Origin: Azolla caroliniana
Taxonomy: Eukaryota; Plantae; Polypodiophyta
DNA: 64,000 nt
Assembly (NCBI GenBank): GCA_043228905.1
Contig: JBHGNT010000020.1
Span: forward strand, 9,920,001 to 9,984,000
Direction: 5' to 3'
In this document: positions 49,704 to 61,445 of the stretch, piece by piece
Layout of the letters: each line of letters starts with the position of its first letter
Numbering within the stretch: position 1 is the stretch's first letter
Notes under the pieces: generated by a model
What the model was told of the DNA's origin: nothing
The model's database searches: none
What the model saw: only the letters and a program-made list of their open reading frames with translations
Program-made: the position numbers and the translations under genes

Positions 49704-52481
49704 TTACGGAGAATCACTACTATAACTAATATACAATGACGATTCCTCCTCGTCATCCTCGGATGTACCAATCAGTGCATTATCTTCGTCATAAACCAAA
49801 TGGTTTGACTGTAGATTATATGTAGCAGATCTCGTTTGCCTTTGACTTGAGCCACCTTGTAGACCTGGTAATTTTTCTTTTATTATATCTATTGTTGACT
49901 TCCTTAATCGTCCGGCTTTTGTAAGTGTGAAGTCGTACACGATGATATCCACATCAGAGATATCAAGGGTCGAGGTGTTACGAATGTTTCGCTTCCTCTT
50001 CCTACCTCCCCTTCTTGTTTGGCATTCAATCATCTCCAATGTATACTTACCTGTAAAAGCATTTGCACTTCTAGTGTTGTACCAATGAACATTTATAGAC
50101 TTGATCGTGTTTTCTATTTCATGCATTAGCACTTCTAGAATTTTACCAACCCAAAATTGGTGGCCATGTGAGTTCTCATCAGCCCGCATTGCAATCAACA
50201 TCCCCGCGGTGAGCTCTTGCAAATTTCCTTGCCATCTAGCTTCGGCTGCTGTCGTCATCCTTGGTCCCACATAAATGTCTCTTTGTTGTGGATGGACCAA
50301 GCTGTCATTAATCGCATTTACTAGTTGCTCCGGACTTCTATTTACGCGATCATGTTGCAGCGACCATGTGAATGGCGTTTCCAAATTCCAATTATCAACA
50401 GATACACAATTGTCTATAATTTCTTTCTGATCACTATAAAATACATCCCACCATGACGTGTCTTGTTGTGTGGCATATTTCTTGGCGGCCTCAATATGCT
50501 TTCTTTTTTCTTCTAAGGCTTGGAGCCATGACCGTTTTTGTTCTGATACCAAGTCGCTCTGCAACTGTCCTTTCTTCTCAATTGGCAGCTTAGCTCCATG
50601 GACAATTGTACTCGGCATACAAAGTAATAACTGGCAACCACCTTCAGGTTCCCATGTTGTAGAAGATGAATATTGTTTAGCATACAAAAGTGTAGAACCA
50701 CTTATTCCATTTTTCTTTATCATAAAAATGTGATTGAAACTTATATTGTTTAACTGAGCAAGCACTTTAACATTCCCACCACCCCCATCTAATATATATC
50801 TCTTAAAGTCATATACCTCCTTCAAGTGTAACACTTTTGGGCGTGGTGTATAAGCATCACAAATGACATCAAATAGTTTAGGTAAAGTGAAAGCATCATG
50901 CCGAGACAACTGTCTGGAGAATGTGCTAAACATCTTATCTATATGGTCATGTGTGTGGCCAACCAAAAGGAAATTGACTTTCACTTTCCTAAACAATTCT
51001 AGGTTGACCAACATACTTAGATAGCCAAATACAGTTGAATTTTTGTTCTCTCTAGCAGTATTGTCCAATTGAATGTATAGAACAGGGGGGGAAGGTTGTC
51101 CCCAAGACATCAAAACTCGGTGAATCACTGTAACTGTTAGGTTAGGGTCATTGTGAACATTGGGGTAAGTAATGAAGACGTGAGGTCGAACAGACCTATT
51201 ATAAGCCAAGCATCCCACCAAGTGCATTTGAACAAGGCACTCATCATTGACATCTTTGGGGAGCCTCCGCATATGCGGCAAGCATGTCTTCTTCTGGTCC
51301 ATGCCATCTATCATTAAGCACATGTATTGTTCGGGCCTCTTCAAACACTTCTCTCTATGATGCATCGCCTTCCTTCGTTCTAAGGATTGTGCCTCACGAT
51401 GCTCTTGTAGTAACTTCTTACTCGTATCCTTTTCCATTTATGTCTTTGCACCTTTAGCCAAACTTTTAAGATTTGCACAAATGGAGCAATACCCCATACA
51501 TACTTTACGAGGAATAATAACATTTGAAAACCGAGCTCTCCATAATCTTGTGAATTGGCTATAGGTGATAGACTTATTACGTGAGCCCAGCATATCAGAT
51601 CGATAGACATCATAAACTTCCTGACGTGTATAATTATCAGAAAGATGCATCCTACCTATAGTGGGCATTACTTCACAATTTAACTGAAAGTAAGTTTTCA
51701 TCCAGCCAATAGCATGTTTTCCAATTGTACCTTTCATACTTGGAACCTCTTTACAATTGAGCATCTGATCCCCGCTAAGTAGACGTTGTTGTACTCTATG
51801 TAGCCGCATGTTACTAACACATAACGCAATTTTGAATGCAACTCTACATATCTGTTGTGCATGGAAGATATAATACTCGAATGATACTTTGATCCCCGTA
51901 CATTTGTCAGATATTAGTTGCATATGTGACCCGAGGTAAGTGTCTTGCTCATCACCGGTCATCGAAAAATAGTATCGCCTTAATTCTCACAACTTTGATT
52001 TTCCAATCATAGACATACAACCACAGGCACAACATATTTTGTTGACATCAAATCCAATCTGTTTATCTAATGTCACCAAGCTAAATCTAGCCAAACGAAT
52101 TCTTCGTGGGATTCTTCTAATATGCATAGGGCTCCCAGATTTCTCTTCCTGCATAGAGGTTGGTGTAACCTTGTTACAGTCTAATTCTCTGTTGTGACCA
52201 TCGCCAATGTTATTCAATGTTTCCTGGGCACTTCCTTCATTCTCGGTATCTTTATTAATATCGTATTCTTCAATAGAGAACTCTTCACATGTGTCATTAT
52301 TTACATTCCCTGTAGATGAGCTCAGACAATATTCTTCGATAGAATATGGTGAGTCGGTCGACAGACAATATTCTTCAATCGAATATGGTGACTCTATTGA
52401 CAAACAATACTCTTCAGTAGAAAACGATGGGTCTGATGACAAACAATATTCTTCAATCGAGAACGGTGAATCTTCACTCAT
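49704..52481 (-). pseudogene. Putative RNase H-fold transposase of the inner element; 925-codon single frame with two in-frame stops
   Basis: ORFs 51987-52481, 51438-51962 and 49704-51437 share one frame. Motifs IDGMDQKKT, LYIQLDNTARENKN and FLLVGHTHDHIDKMF, plus Cys clusters CCACGC and CSIC. It lies between TIRs. Confidence 0.8.
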
Positions 52482-53180
52482 GGCTTAAGGTCTAGATAGG
52501 GCTCTCTAAGTTATGTGCTTAGGGTAAGGAAAAAAACTAATATGCTCCTCTCTAAACATATACTCCTCTCTAAACATAAACTTCTCTCTAAACAAAATCC
52601 AAATCAATAGAATGTCTATATTATGTAATATTCTATTAATACAATACATCAAAAAATTATTTTTAATAAAGTAATTGTACTTAAAATATCAATTATTATA
52701 TAAACTAGATCTATATGAAGTTAAATTAAGTAAAATATAAAACTAATCATTAACAAGCCATGAATATGTTGGATTAATGTTAAAATCATTGGCTAATTAA
52801 TGGCACCCATTTTGATATAGAACGTCTCACTCATTGGTTCTTTAATGCTCACCATTTTAAATATTAGACTTATCAATCATTGGTTAATTCATGCCAACAT
52901 CTTTAATACATAGCATTTGAGAGTCATAAAATTTGTTGCTTTTAGTAATCAATCATTGGTACATTCATGAACCTCTATCATTGTCTCCTTCATAACCTTT
53001 GAAGTCATTGTAGGTTGTTATGACTATAAAAGATTGATCAATATGTTAGTTTGACTTTGTAATCATTAATACAATCATAAGTTACTCTAGTTAATGTGAC
53101 TATGGTTACCAACTAACTATCCTCAAAGTTACCAACCTTGGTTAAGGTGACTGTGGTTACTTTAACCAATATGTTCAATC

Positions 53181-53190
53181 CCTATAAATA
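53181..53190 (+). promoter_or_regulatory. TATA box of the ParB-methyltransferase gene
   Basis: CCTATAAATA about 140 bp upstream of the ATG at 53325 (context AACCATGT). Confidence 0.6.
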
Positions 53191-53324
53191 GGAAGACCTC
53201 GTCATATTTCACTCACCAGAGCGTACAGAGCACACAGAACGTAGAGAGCACACAAAGCACACAAAGCACACAGAGCACAAAGCACGAAAGCGCGATCTCC
53301 GCCTCCACTTCCACTCGATCAACC

Positions 53325-56300
53325 ATGTCTTCAAAGAGAATCGAGCGCGAGGACTCCAGGTAGGCCTCTAACACTGTGGACATTTTTGTAAATATGTTTC
53401 GATTCTCAAGAACTCGATACGCCATATCGAGTTCATGTATACAATACAAACTTTATACATGAACTCGATACGGCGTATCGAGTTCATAATTTGTTTTTGC
53501 TTTTTATACAGGAACTCGATACGGCGTATCGAGTTCCTGTTTAAAATCCAAACTTTAAACACGAACTCGATGCGGCGTATCGAGTTCGTGTTTACGTCGT
53601 ATCGAGTTCGTGTTTAAAACCTAAACTTTAAACACGAACTCGATACGGCGTATCGAGTTCCTGTTTAAAACCTACACTTTAAACAGAAACTCGATACGGC
53701 GTATCGAGTTCTTGTTTAAAATCCAAACTTTAAACACGAACTCGATACGACGTATCGAGTTCCCGTTTAAAACCTACACTTTAAACACGAACTCGATACG
53801 GCGTATCGAGTTCGTGTTTAAAGTTTGGATTTTAAACAAGAACTCGATACGCCGTATCGAGTTCCCATTTAAAACCTACACTTTAAACACGAACTCGATA
53901 CGGCGTATCGAGTTCGTGTTTAAAGTTTGGATTTTAAACAAGAACTCGATACGCCGTATCGAGTTCCCATTTAAAACCTACACTTTAAACACGAACTCGA
54001 TACGTCGTACGGCGTATCGAGTTTGTGTTTAAAGTTTGGATTTTAAACAGGAACTCGATACGCCGTATCGAGTTCCTGTATAAAAAAAGGCTTTGAGAGA
54101 GAAAAATTGTGTTTTTGGGGTAACAAATAATTATGGGGTGGAAAAGATATCAAATTGTCTGGCAAAATCAGTCTTTTTTATGTTGACTTTCCTTACTTTA
54201 AAAAAAAAACATGCTCTAATTAGAGGTGTTTTATGACCTACTTTAGCTTAAAATAGTAGAAAAGGATCCACAAATTGCCTTTATGATAGCAAATTCTCCT
54301 CAATATAGGTTTGGAATCTATATAAGTCATACCTACTATTTAAAAGAATATATAACCCTGTTTACTTATTACGATATATATTTTCTAGGTTGAATAGCCC
54401 TGCCTATAATAGATTTTTGAATATAGGATTGCTACTGGGAACTGTTCTTCATGTTAATATACAACCTTAATCTACGTGACTACCTAACTTATGTTTTTGC
54501 ATATACTTTCTTAAATAGGTCGTTTGAGAACCTGTCGGACCAACCCGTGAAGAAAATAAAGCTTCGCATACAAGGTTCTCCAATCAAAGCCCAGACCAAG
54601 GTAGCTCCTGAGACCATAAAGAGAGGAAAAAAGCTTCTCTTTAACGAAGAGACAAAATCTCAGCCACATAGTGATGTTAGCCAAAAGAAACTTGTCGCCG
54701 CTACTGGAGGTGAAGACCTTCCTGACCGAGATCTAACGGACAAGGAATGGTGTATGCAATATGTCGACTCAAAGAAAAAAGTCGTATTGTATACAACAAA
54801 GAAGAAGGGTGAGGGGCAGCTTGGAAAGGAAACCCCATTTATGTATGGCCGTATTCTACGATTTGACTACGAAGATGCAGATTCGGCCAACATACTGGTA
54901 ATGATAGAGTGCTCCAAGGGGGTACGTAAAGTGTTCCTTTCAGAAGACCTTTTAGTAAAGGAATCTTGTGGGCCAGAAGCGTTCAAAAAAGCACTTGATA
55001 GCTCACAAAACCTTATTGTTACCTTGAGGCCTTATATACAAGGCCATGTAACTCTAAGAGATGAAGTGCCCTCCCCATTGAAGGCCACAAAAAGGGTAAC
55101 CAAAGTCCAATCAAGACCACCAAAGAAGAAGACAACCAAAATGTCGGATACGGATTCAACAAGTGAAAACGAAGAGGAGGATAATAAGGGGACGCCAGGA
55201 GCTGAGCTGGCCTCGGGTGTTTTGTCATCCGAACAGAATAAGATAAGGAGAGAGTTAATGCAACGGAAACTGGTCAGGAAAGGGCAAGTGTTTAATTTGC
55301 CTATAACACACATCCATCGGCCCCCTATTGATGAAAAAACAGGTCGAAGACCACTTGAGATTAGAGAGCCACACCGCATGCATGTTCAAAATCTCAAGAA
55401 AAAAATGAAAATTAATCCTCATGCCACTGTGGTGCCTTTTATTGTAATGGTAGATCCTGAAGAATGTGAAACCATTGAAGATTTTGATATTAGAAAGCAT
55501 GATCAATATAATTATTTTGTCATTGGTGGATCGCATTCAGCAAAGGCACGTCGGCAACTTGTGAGAGAACATCCAACCACTTTCTTCTTCAAGTATGCCG
55601 AGTGCAAAATTTATGTTGGGCTCACAACCGAAGAGGCTAAGCTGTTGGCATGGGACCATAATAATGATAATGACTATAGGCAGAAAATGTCGTCCATTGA
55701 GCGTATACAGTTCTTCCACCATGAGTATTTAGACGTGAAACAAAAGTTTGGTGTGAAGTTACATACAGGCCTTCGACGTCAATGTCTGCATGAAGTCGGC
55801 ATTGTGGTAGATGATAATGTTAGGTCCGATGGTCTTCGAAAGTATGAGTCTTGGTTTCAATTGGCGTTTAGAGATGGAGAAGTATGGGACCTACAAGATC
55901 AAATCTTCTCAATGTGGGAGAATAAGGAGGTAAAGGGTCAACGACAAAAGAAATGTAGGGTTGACCCTCAACTAGAGTTAAAGTCACAAGCCGCCAAGAA
56001 AATTGACTTGACAATTGAAGAAGCGGCAGATGACATGAAGCTGTCTCTATGGAGAGCGATGCAAGGTATTAAGGACGAGCAGCTTCTTGTGTCGGTTTTG
56101 TCAAGGGTCGTGGCGAAAGATTTAAGCCTTGAAGAAATGGTCACTGAGTTCAATAAGTAAGTCTTTCAAATATTGAAATTGTAGTCTATCTGGTGTAATT
56201 CAAAGTTCTAATCTTGATTTCTAATTTTACAGTCATAAGGTGTACATGAAGATCCAAGAAGTTATGATGAAACAACTTGGATGTATAACTTGGGAACAAG

Positions 56301-57744
56301 TGACCGAGGATTATCCTCTAACGTCTTCGTATAAGGCGTTATCAGAGTATTTTATTGCATTCAAGGATTGGGTTAGTATTCATGTTTTTTCATTACCCTT
56401 TCATCATATGTAGAGCTTGTATAATAATACCTGATGTCCTATTGCTTCTATTAGAAACCGTGTCGAGGCAAGAAACAAGGAGAAGTTAAGGATATACACG
56501 ATTTCCCTACATCCTTCCTTGCACATCTCGAGCGAGCCAGAAAAGAAAAGGATCGTCGCTTAGTCAAGGCGTACGAAATGGAGGAAGATGGCTCCTTTAA
56601 AAAATTTAGCCACAAAAAAGATATTACGAGAGATCTTTACTACAATGTGGTTTGCGGTGATGTCATCGACTTGATCCAGAAGGTGCCAAAGAAAGAATAT
56701 ACGCTAATGATTGCGGATATTCCTTACGGATTTTGAATGGCTGGGTCATCATACGACGATGAACCGTTTAGGTTTAAACAATTGGAGAAGATGGTCAAGG
56801 ATTTCGCTGAGCTAACGACCGCATCCTTGTGGCGAATAGTTGTCTTTCATAGTATGGACCAAGGGTACTCGGTAGCTCAAGCTTTGAGATCTCATTGCCA
56901 TGGCATTGAGAACCTTGCATGGTAAGGATTATTTATAGGTGTCTTTCACTATATTGCATTTCTTAAGGTTGTTGAATCTATTCTTAACTCGATGAATTAT
57001 TTTTTATAGGATCAAGACCAATGTAAATAGAGGGCCAACTTTTCGGTTCGTTAATGCCATTGAATACATAACGGTTGGCTACTTCGATGAAATTAAGAAA
57101 CAGAGAATCAAAGAGCATTCTAATGAAGTGGGAGGTTCAAATCTGTTGGTATATCCAGCAGTGACACGGAAATTGCGACATGTCACCACGACAGAACGGG
57201 GACTTGTCAACCCATACCAAAAACCTCAACGACTTATGATGCGCTTGATCGAGATGTTTTCTGTCGAAGGAGACTGGATATTAGATCTCTTTTCTGGCAC
57301 AGGTATTCCTCGAACTAGGGTAACGATCTTGAGATAACCAATCCCTTTTTTTTCGTTTGACAACTAAATCTTCTTGTTACTTACATCACAGGAACTACGT
57401 CAGCATGTGCATTGAAGCTGTTTAGAAATACAATTGCATTGGAGAAGGACGAGGACCAAGTTATATTTATTAATATGCGGATTAAGGCTTTGTGGGAGTG
57501 CCCAGACCAGGATGAGGAGGTCGGTGCAAAGAACCTCGCCAATACAGAAAGGTTTCAACCTGCTTCACGAGAGCCTATTCCTCCGTTAGCCGGCGAACCG
57601 GGGGAGCTAATAGAGCTTGATGATGAGCTTATAGAAGATATTTCGTTGGCTCGGCTAACAGGGGAAACCAATGCACGTATAGCCGAAGACAGTTCTACAC
57701 AAGATGATGAAGAAAATGACGTTGATGAATTGATTGCTATGTAA
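53325..57744 (+). pseudogene. ParB/Srx-like domain + beta-class N6A/N4C DNA methyltransferase, 974 codons with one premature TGA (56734-56736); exons 53325-53359, 54519-56156, 56233-56371, 56455-56921, 57010-57302, 57392-57744
   Basis: Five GT-AG introns with matching phases. ParB-like motif YFVIGGSHSAKAR. MTase motifs appear in beta order: VVCGDVIDLI, MIADIPYG (motif IV variant), AWIK, NAIEYI, NPYQKPQRLMMRLI, GDWILDLFSGTGTT (motif I), IALEKD. Confidence 0.85.
53410..54075. repeat. Array of the 25-bp palindrome GAACTCGATACG-N-CGTATCGAGTTC, period 51 bp, 13 full copies + 1 half
   Basis: Copies start at 53410, 53461, 53512, 53563, 53636, 53687, 53738, 53789, 53840, 53891, 53942, 53993 and 54051. 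The 26-bp spacers are related to each other and occur in both orientations. Confidence 0.95.
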
Positions 57745-59139
57745 TAGACTCTATGAAGAATATGACACTGACGATTTGTTAAGATTTCACATTATTAATA
57801 CAAATTTTGGGTTTTACCTAGTGGATTCTATTCTTTATAATCTTCTATATGTTTCAATTTTATTTTTATATACTTGATTAGTAGATTTATGACATTGGTT
57901 TCACCGCGTGCATAGCTGACTACCAAACTTATGGAGAAACATGAACTAGTTTAAATGGAGGCTGATTTTGGTCCAAGCTAACCTTAACAGAACATGGCCC
58001 TATAATTGTTGCCATGACTGTCCATGTTGTTATTATGGATCTTTGTCTTCTATTGTTAAAACTATTATGTTTCTATTCCATTGCTGCTTAGATTGTGTAG
58101 TGTGTTGATAATGGTTCCAGTTGCATTATCGTTCGGAGTTTGATCTTGTGTGAATCACCTAAGCAATAGAGTAGATCAATTTTAAATACAGGTATGAAAG
58201 CCTAATAGGTTTGTTATTTCCACGACATTATCCTAAAGTTCACTGCCTTACATTGTCCACAATTATAAACATATGGTTTGATCCCATATGAACAAACTGA
58301 GGAATAGATTAGATCAACTTTAAATACAAGTATTGAATACTTTAATAAGTTAGTTATTCCAATCACTTATCCTAATGTGCACTATCCTACATTTTCCACA
58401 ATTACATACATGCACGTATGGGTCAAAGTATAAATTATATCTCATTTTATTAGTATGGATACAAGTACACCTGATATTTTTGTAAAACTTACCTAATTAA
58501 TATAAGTCTTTAAGTTAGTGTTTCCCTTGTCGCACAGTAGTGACATATTGAGCCATAGTTGAACTTTATTATGCCTACATTAACTTATCAACATGTCTAA
58601 ACTTGCATGATTTCTAATGATCTCCACTCGTAGATCTATCATGTATTTTTATATTTGCAAATTCTCATCAAGTTGAGGAACATGTGATACTAGTGCATCC
58701 AATTTTTGTAGAGAGGGTGTATTTGCTTCGTTTTAAGAAGATTCTACAAGTGGAATGCGCAATCCTTCCACTTGTGAACGCGAACGTGTTTTGGCAGACT
58801 TTGGTGGGGTTGTTGCTTGTGTGACCATCAGTGCTCCCGTATGACTCGATAAATGCTTTGCGAGAATCAACTTTAATCATGGTGTCAGAAGATCTTTTTG
58901 TTGGTGATGGAATTTTAAGTTTGAAGGTCGGCACCTTTTGTCGTGGCTCACTGAAAACAACAAGTCATGACACAAGGATATGGCAATAATGTTAATAATA
59001 AACAATATAGACCTCTTAAATAAGGGAAAAATTAGCAAAAGCATACGTTTTTGTATAGAATTTTACATAAAAAACTTGAAGAAGAAGACCAAAAAACAGC
59101 AAAAAATTTGACCAAATCTAATCAATTGATCATAAAGAT

Positions 59140-61445
59140 CCCATTTTTCAACGAGAACTTGATGCACTACATTCTTGATTGCCAATATGCAACTTGTTAA
59201 GGACCATCTGGCAGTGTTGTGTTCTCAGCAGGTGGAATACTACCTTTCACTTACTACGAAGAGTTGTCGAGTTGCTTTTAAATTTGCTTATAGCATCGAG
59301 ATCATGAGGCTACAGAGAATTCAACATCGATTAATGAAGGGGTGGTGGGTGCCTTTCAACAATAGAGAATCTTCTTGTAAGGGCTTGATTGGGCGACATG
59401 ATGTTAAATGGATGAAGATTTATTTCTCGAAGCAATGTGATGTTACGCCCACCACTGGAAGGTTACATTTGTCAGATAACTTCACTCGTTGTGAGGTATA
59501 CCAAGCCTATAAGGATGACATGTTATTGGAAAGTGTAGCTTATATACAATATAGGCATTTCAATCGTTTATGGAGATCGAAGTTTAACAATGCGGTCATA
59601 CCCTGCAAGGTCCGGATGGGTGTTTGTTCGATTTGCGCGAGTTTAAAAAGCTTGGCAAAGAGTGGGACAACAAATGAAGAATAACAAAATATAAGCCTTT
59701 ATTGAGAGAGCATCGAGAAAGCCAAGTGTTGGAAAGATCTAAAGCTATACACCATCATCAAAAAGTGCTTCAATCACTAGAAAGATACATGTTAGATGGG
59801 ATGGATCAAAAGAAAACTTGTTTGCCACATTTTCGAAGATTGCCCAAGGATATTGGAGATGAATGCCTAGTGCAGATGCACTTAGTAGGATGTCTTTTGT
59901 ATTCTCAAACAATAAGGCCTCAAGTGTTCTTAACTTATCCAAATATCGACAACGACCCTAATCTTATAGTTACAGTCATGCAAAGAGTTCTGCAGAATTG
60001 GCAAGGTTTACTCCCACCAGTACTATACGTGCAACTTGACAACACGGCGAGAGAAAACAAGAACTCGACTATGTTTGGTTACCTGAGCATATTAGTAGAC
60101 AAGGGTATTTTCAAAAAGATTAAGGTCAACTTCTTGCTAGTTGGTCATACACATGATCACATAGATCAAATGTTTAGTAGGTTCTCCAAGAAATTAGCAA
60201 GGTGCAATGCTTTCACACTTCCTATGCTATCAAGGTTGATTACTGAAACTTATACCCCAAGCCAGATGTGCAACATTTAGATGAAGTATATGATATCAAG
60301 CGCTTCTGTTTGGGTGGTGATGGGAATGGATGTAGGGTTCTTGCTCCGCTTAATATATAAGTTTTAACCACGTCTTCCTCATCCAAAAAGGTGTGGTTGA
60401 TCACAACCAGACCATGTTGTATGCCAAACAATACTCATCTAGTTCGCAATGGGAGCCACAAGACGGATGTAGGCTCTTATTGCATTTCCCAGATGCAATA
60501 ATCTATGGTGCCGAGCAAATGCCCTATGACGACCATAAAAGATTGGTTGTTGGTAGTTCACTTGAAGATCAAAAGATATATTGGATGTGGTGCCTTGAGG
60601 AAAAACACAAAAATATTGCGTGAACCAAAAAATAAGTTGTTGATCAATATGTGGATTGGTGGGATATCTTCTTTAATCATCAACATACAATATTAGATAA
60701 CCACTTTACAAGGTACTAGCCACTACAAAATCAATTCGTATGGGCGCTTGGTGGCCCATCAATAGCAAGCACGACTCCTTTACAACCACTAGATAATCTT
60801 GAATTGAATAATCTAGTTCATCCACAACAAAGAGATATTTACGTGGGACCAAGATTATCACATGCTACAGAGGCGAGGTGGCAAGGCAATCTACATGAGC
60901 TACAAGTTGGTATGTTGGTTACAACATTAGTTGGGGGTGATAAGTTGGGTCATCCCTTCTGGATTGCCAAAATCATTGAAATTATTAAGGATGATGAAGG
61001 CAATCAAGTAAATTCTATTATGGTTCATTGGTATCATACCTCCTCCAAAGATGCATTTACTGGGAAGTACTCTTTAGAGATGGTTAAGGATGTTGAAGGT
61101 AGAAGCAGAAAGCGAAGAAGAAAGAATCTACCAAGCATGTCTAGTCTAGCACTTGATAATGTCGACATACTCGTGTATAACTTCTCCTTGACCAAAACAG
61201 GCCATCTAAGTTAGACTACAATCAAGATAATAAAAGAGAAGATCCCAGATGTGCTTGTTGACGCAACACAAAGACGAACAAGGAGTATGTCTAATAATCA
61301 CGGTGACATTGGCTTGCAATTGGATGAAGACAATGCATTGGTTGCTAGTGATGATGACGATGAGACCTCACAAAGCTCTTCTAGTTCATCGGGTGGGTCT
61401 GAAAGGGAAAGCATATCTCTGGGAAGTGATAGATGTCACATATGA
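59140..61445 (+). pseudogene. Transposase of the outer element, degenerate
   Basis: GRLHLSDNFT, CSICASLKSL, LDGMDQKKTCLPH, LYVQLDNTARENKN, FLLVGHTHDHIDQMF and the C-terminal HPFWIAKI..VHWY are colinear with 49704-52481. Contains stops and frameshifts. Confidence 0.85.

Larger units (their letters stand above)
49077..58785. mobile_element. Inner TIR DNA transposon of the same family, in opposite orientation, 9.7 kb
   Basis: 31-bp TIR GTTCGCGTTCACAAGTGGAAGGATCGCGCAT (49077-49107) versus 58755-58785, 30/31 identical. Removal rejoins the outer gene locally (PPKSAKT/LLGKKSK). Confidence 0.9.

Noticed and set aside
53410-54075. CRISPR-like regularly spaced palindromic repeats
   Set aside because: The spacers are near-copies of one another (two or three variants, in either orientation), there are no cas genes, and the context is a eukaryotic intron.
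54451-54518. ATG at 54451 as the start of the 569-aa ORF
   Set aside because: This stretch looks like the 3' end of an intron (CTAAC branch-like site, pyrimidine tract, TAG). An upstream exon at 53325-53359 has a TATA box and matching phase.
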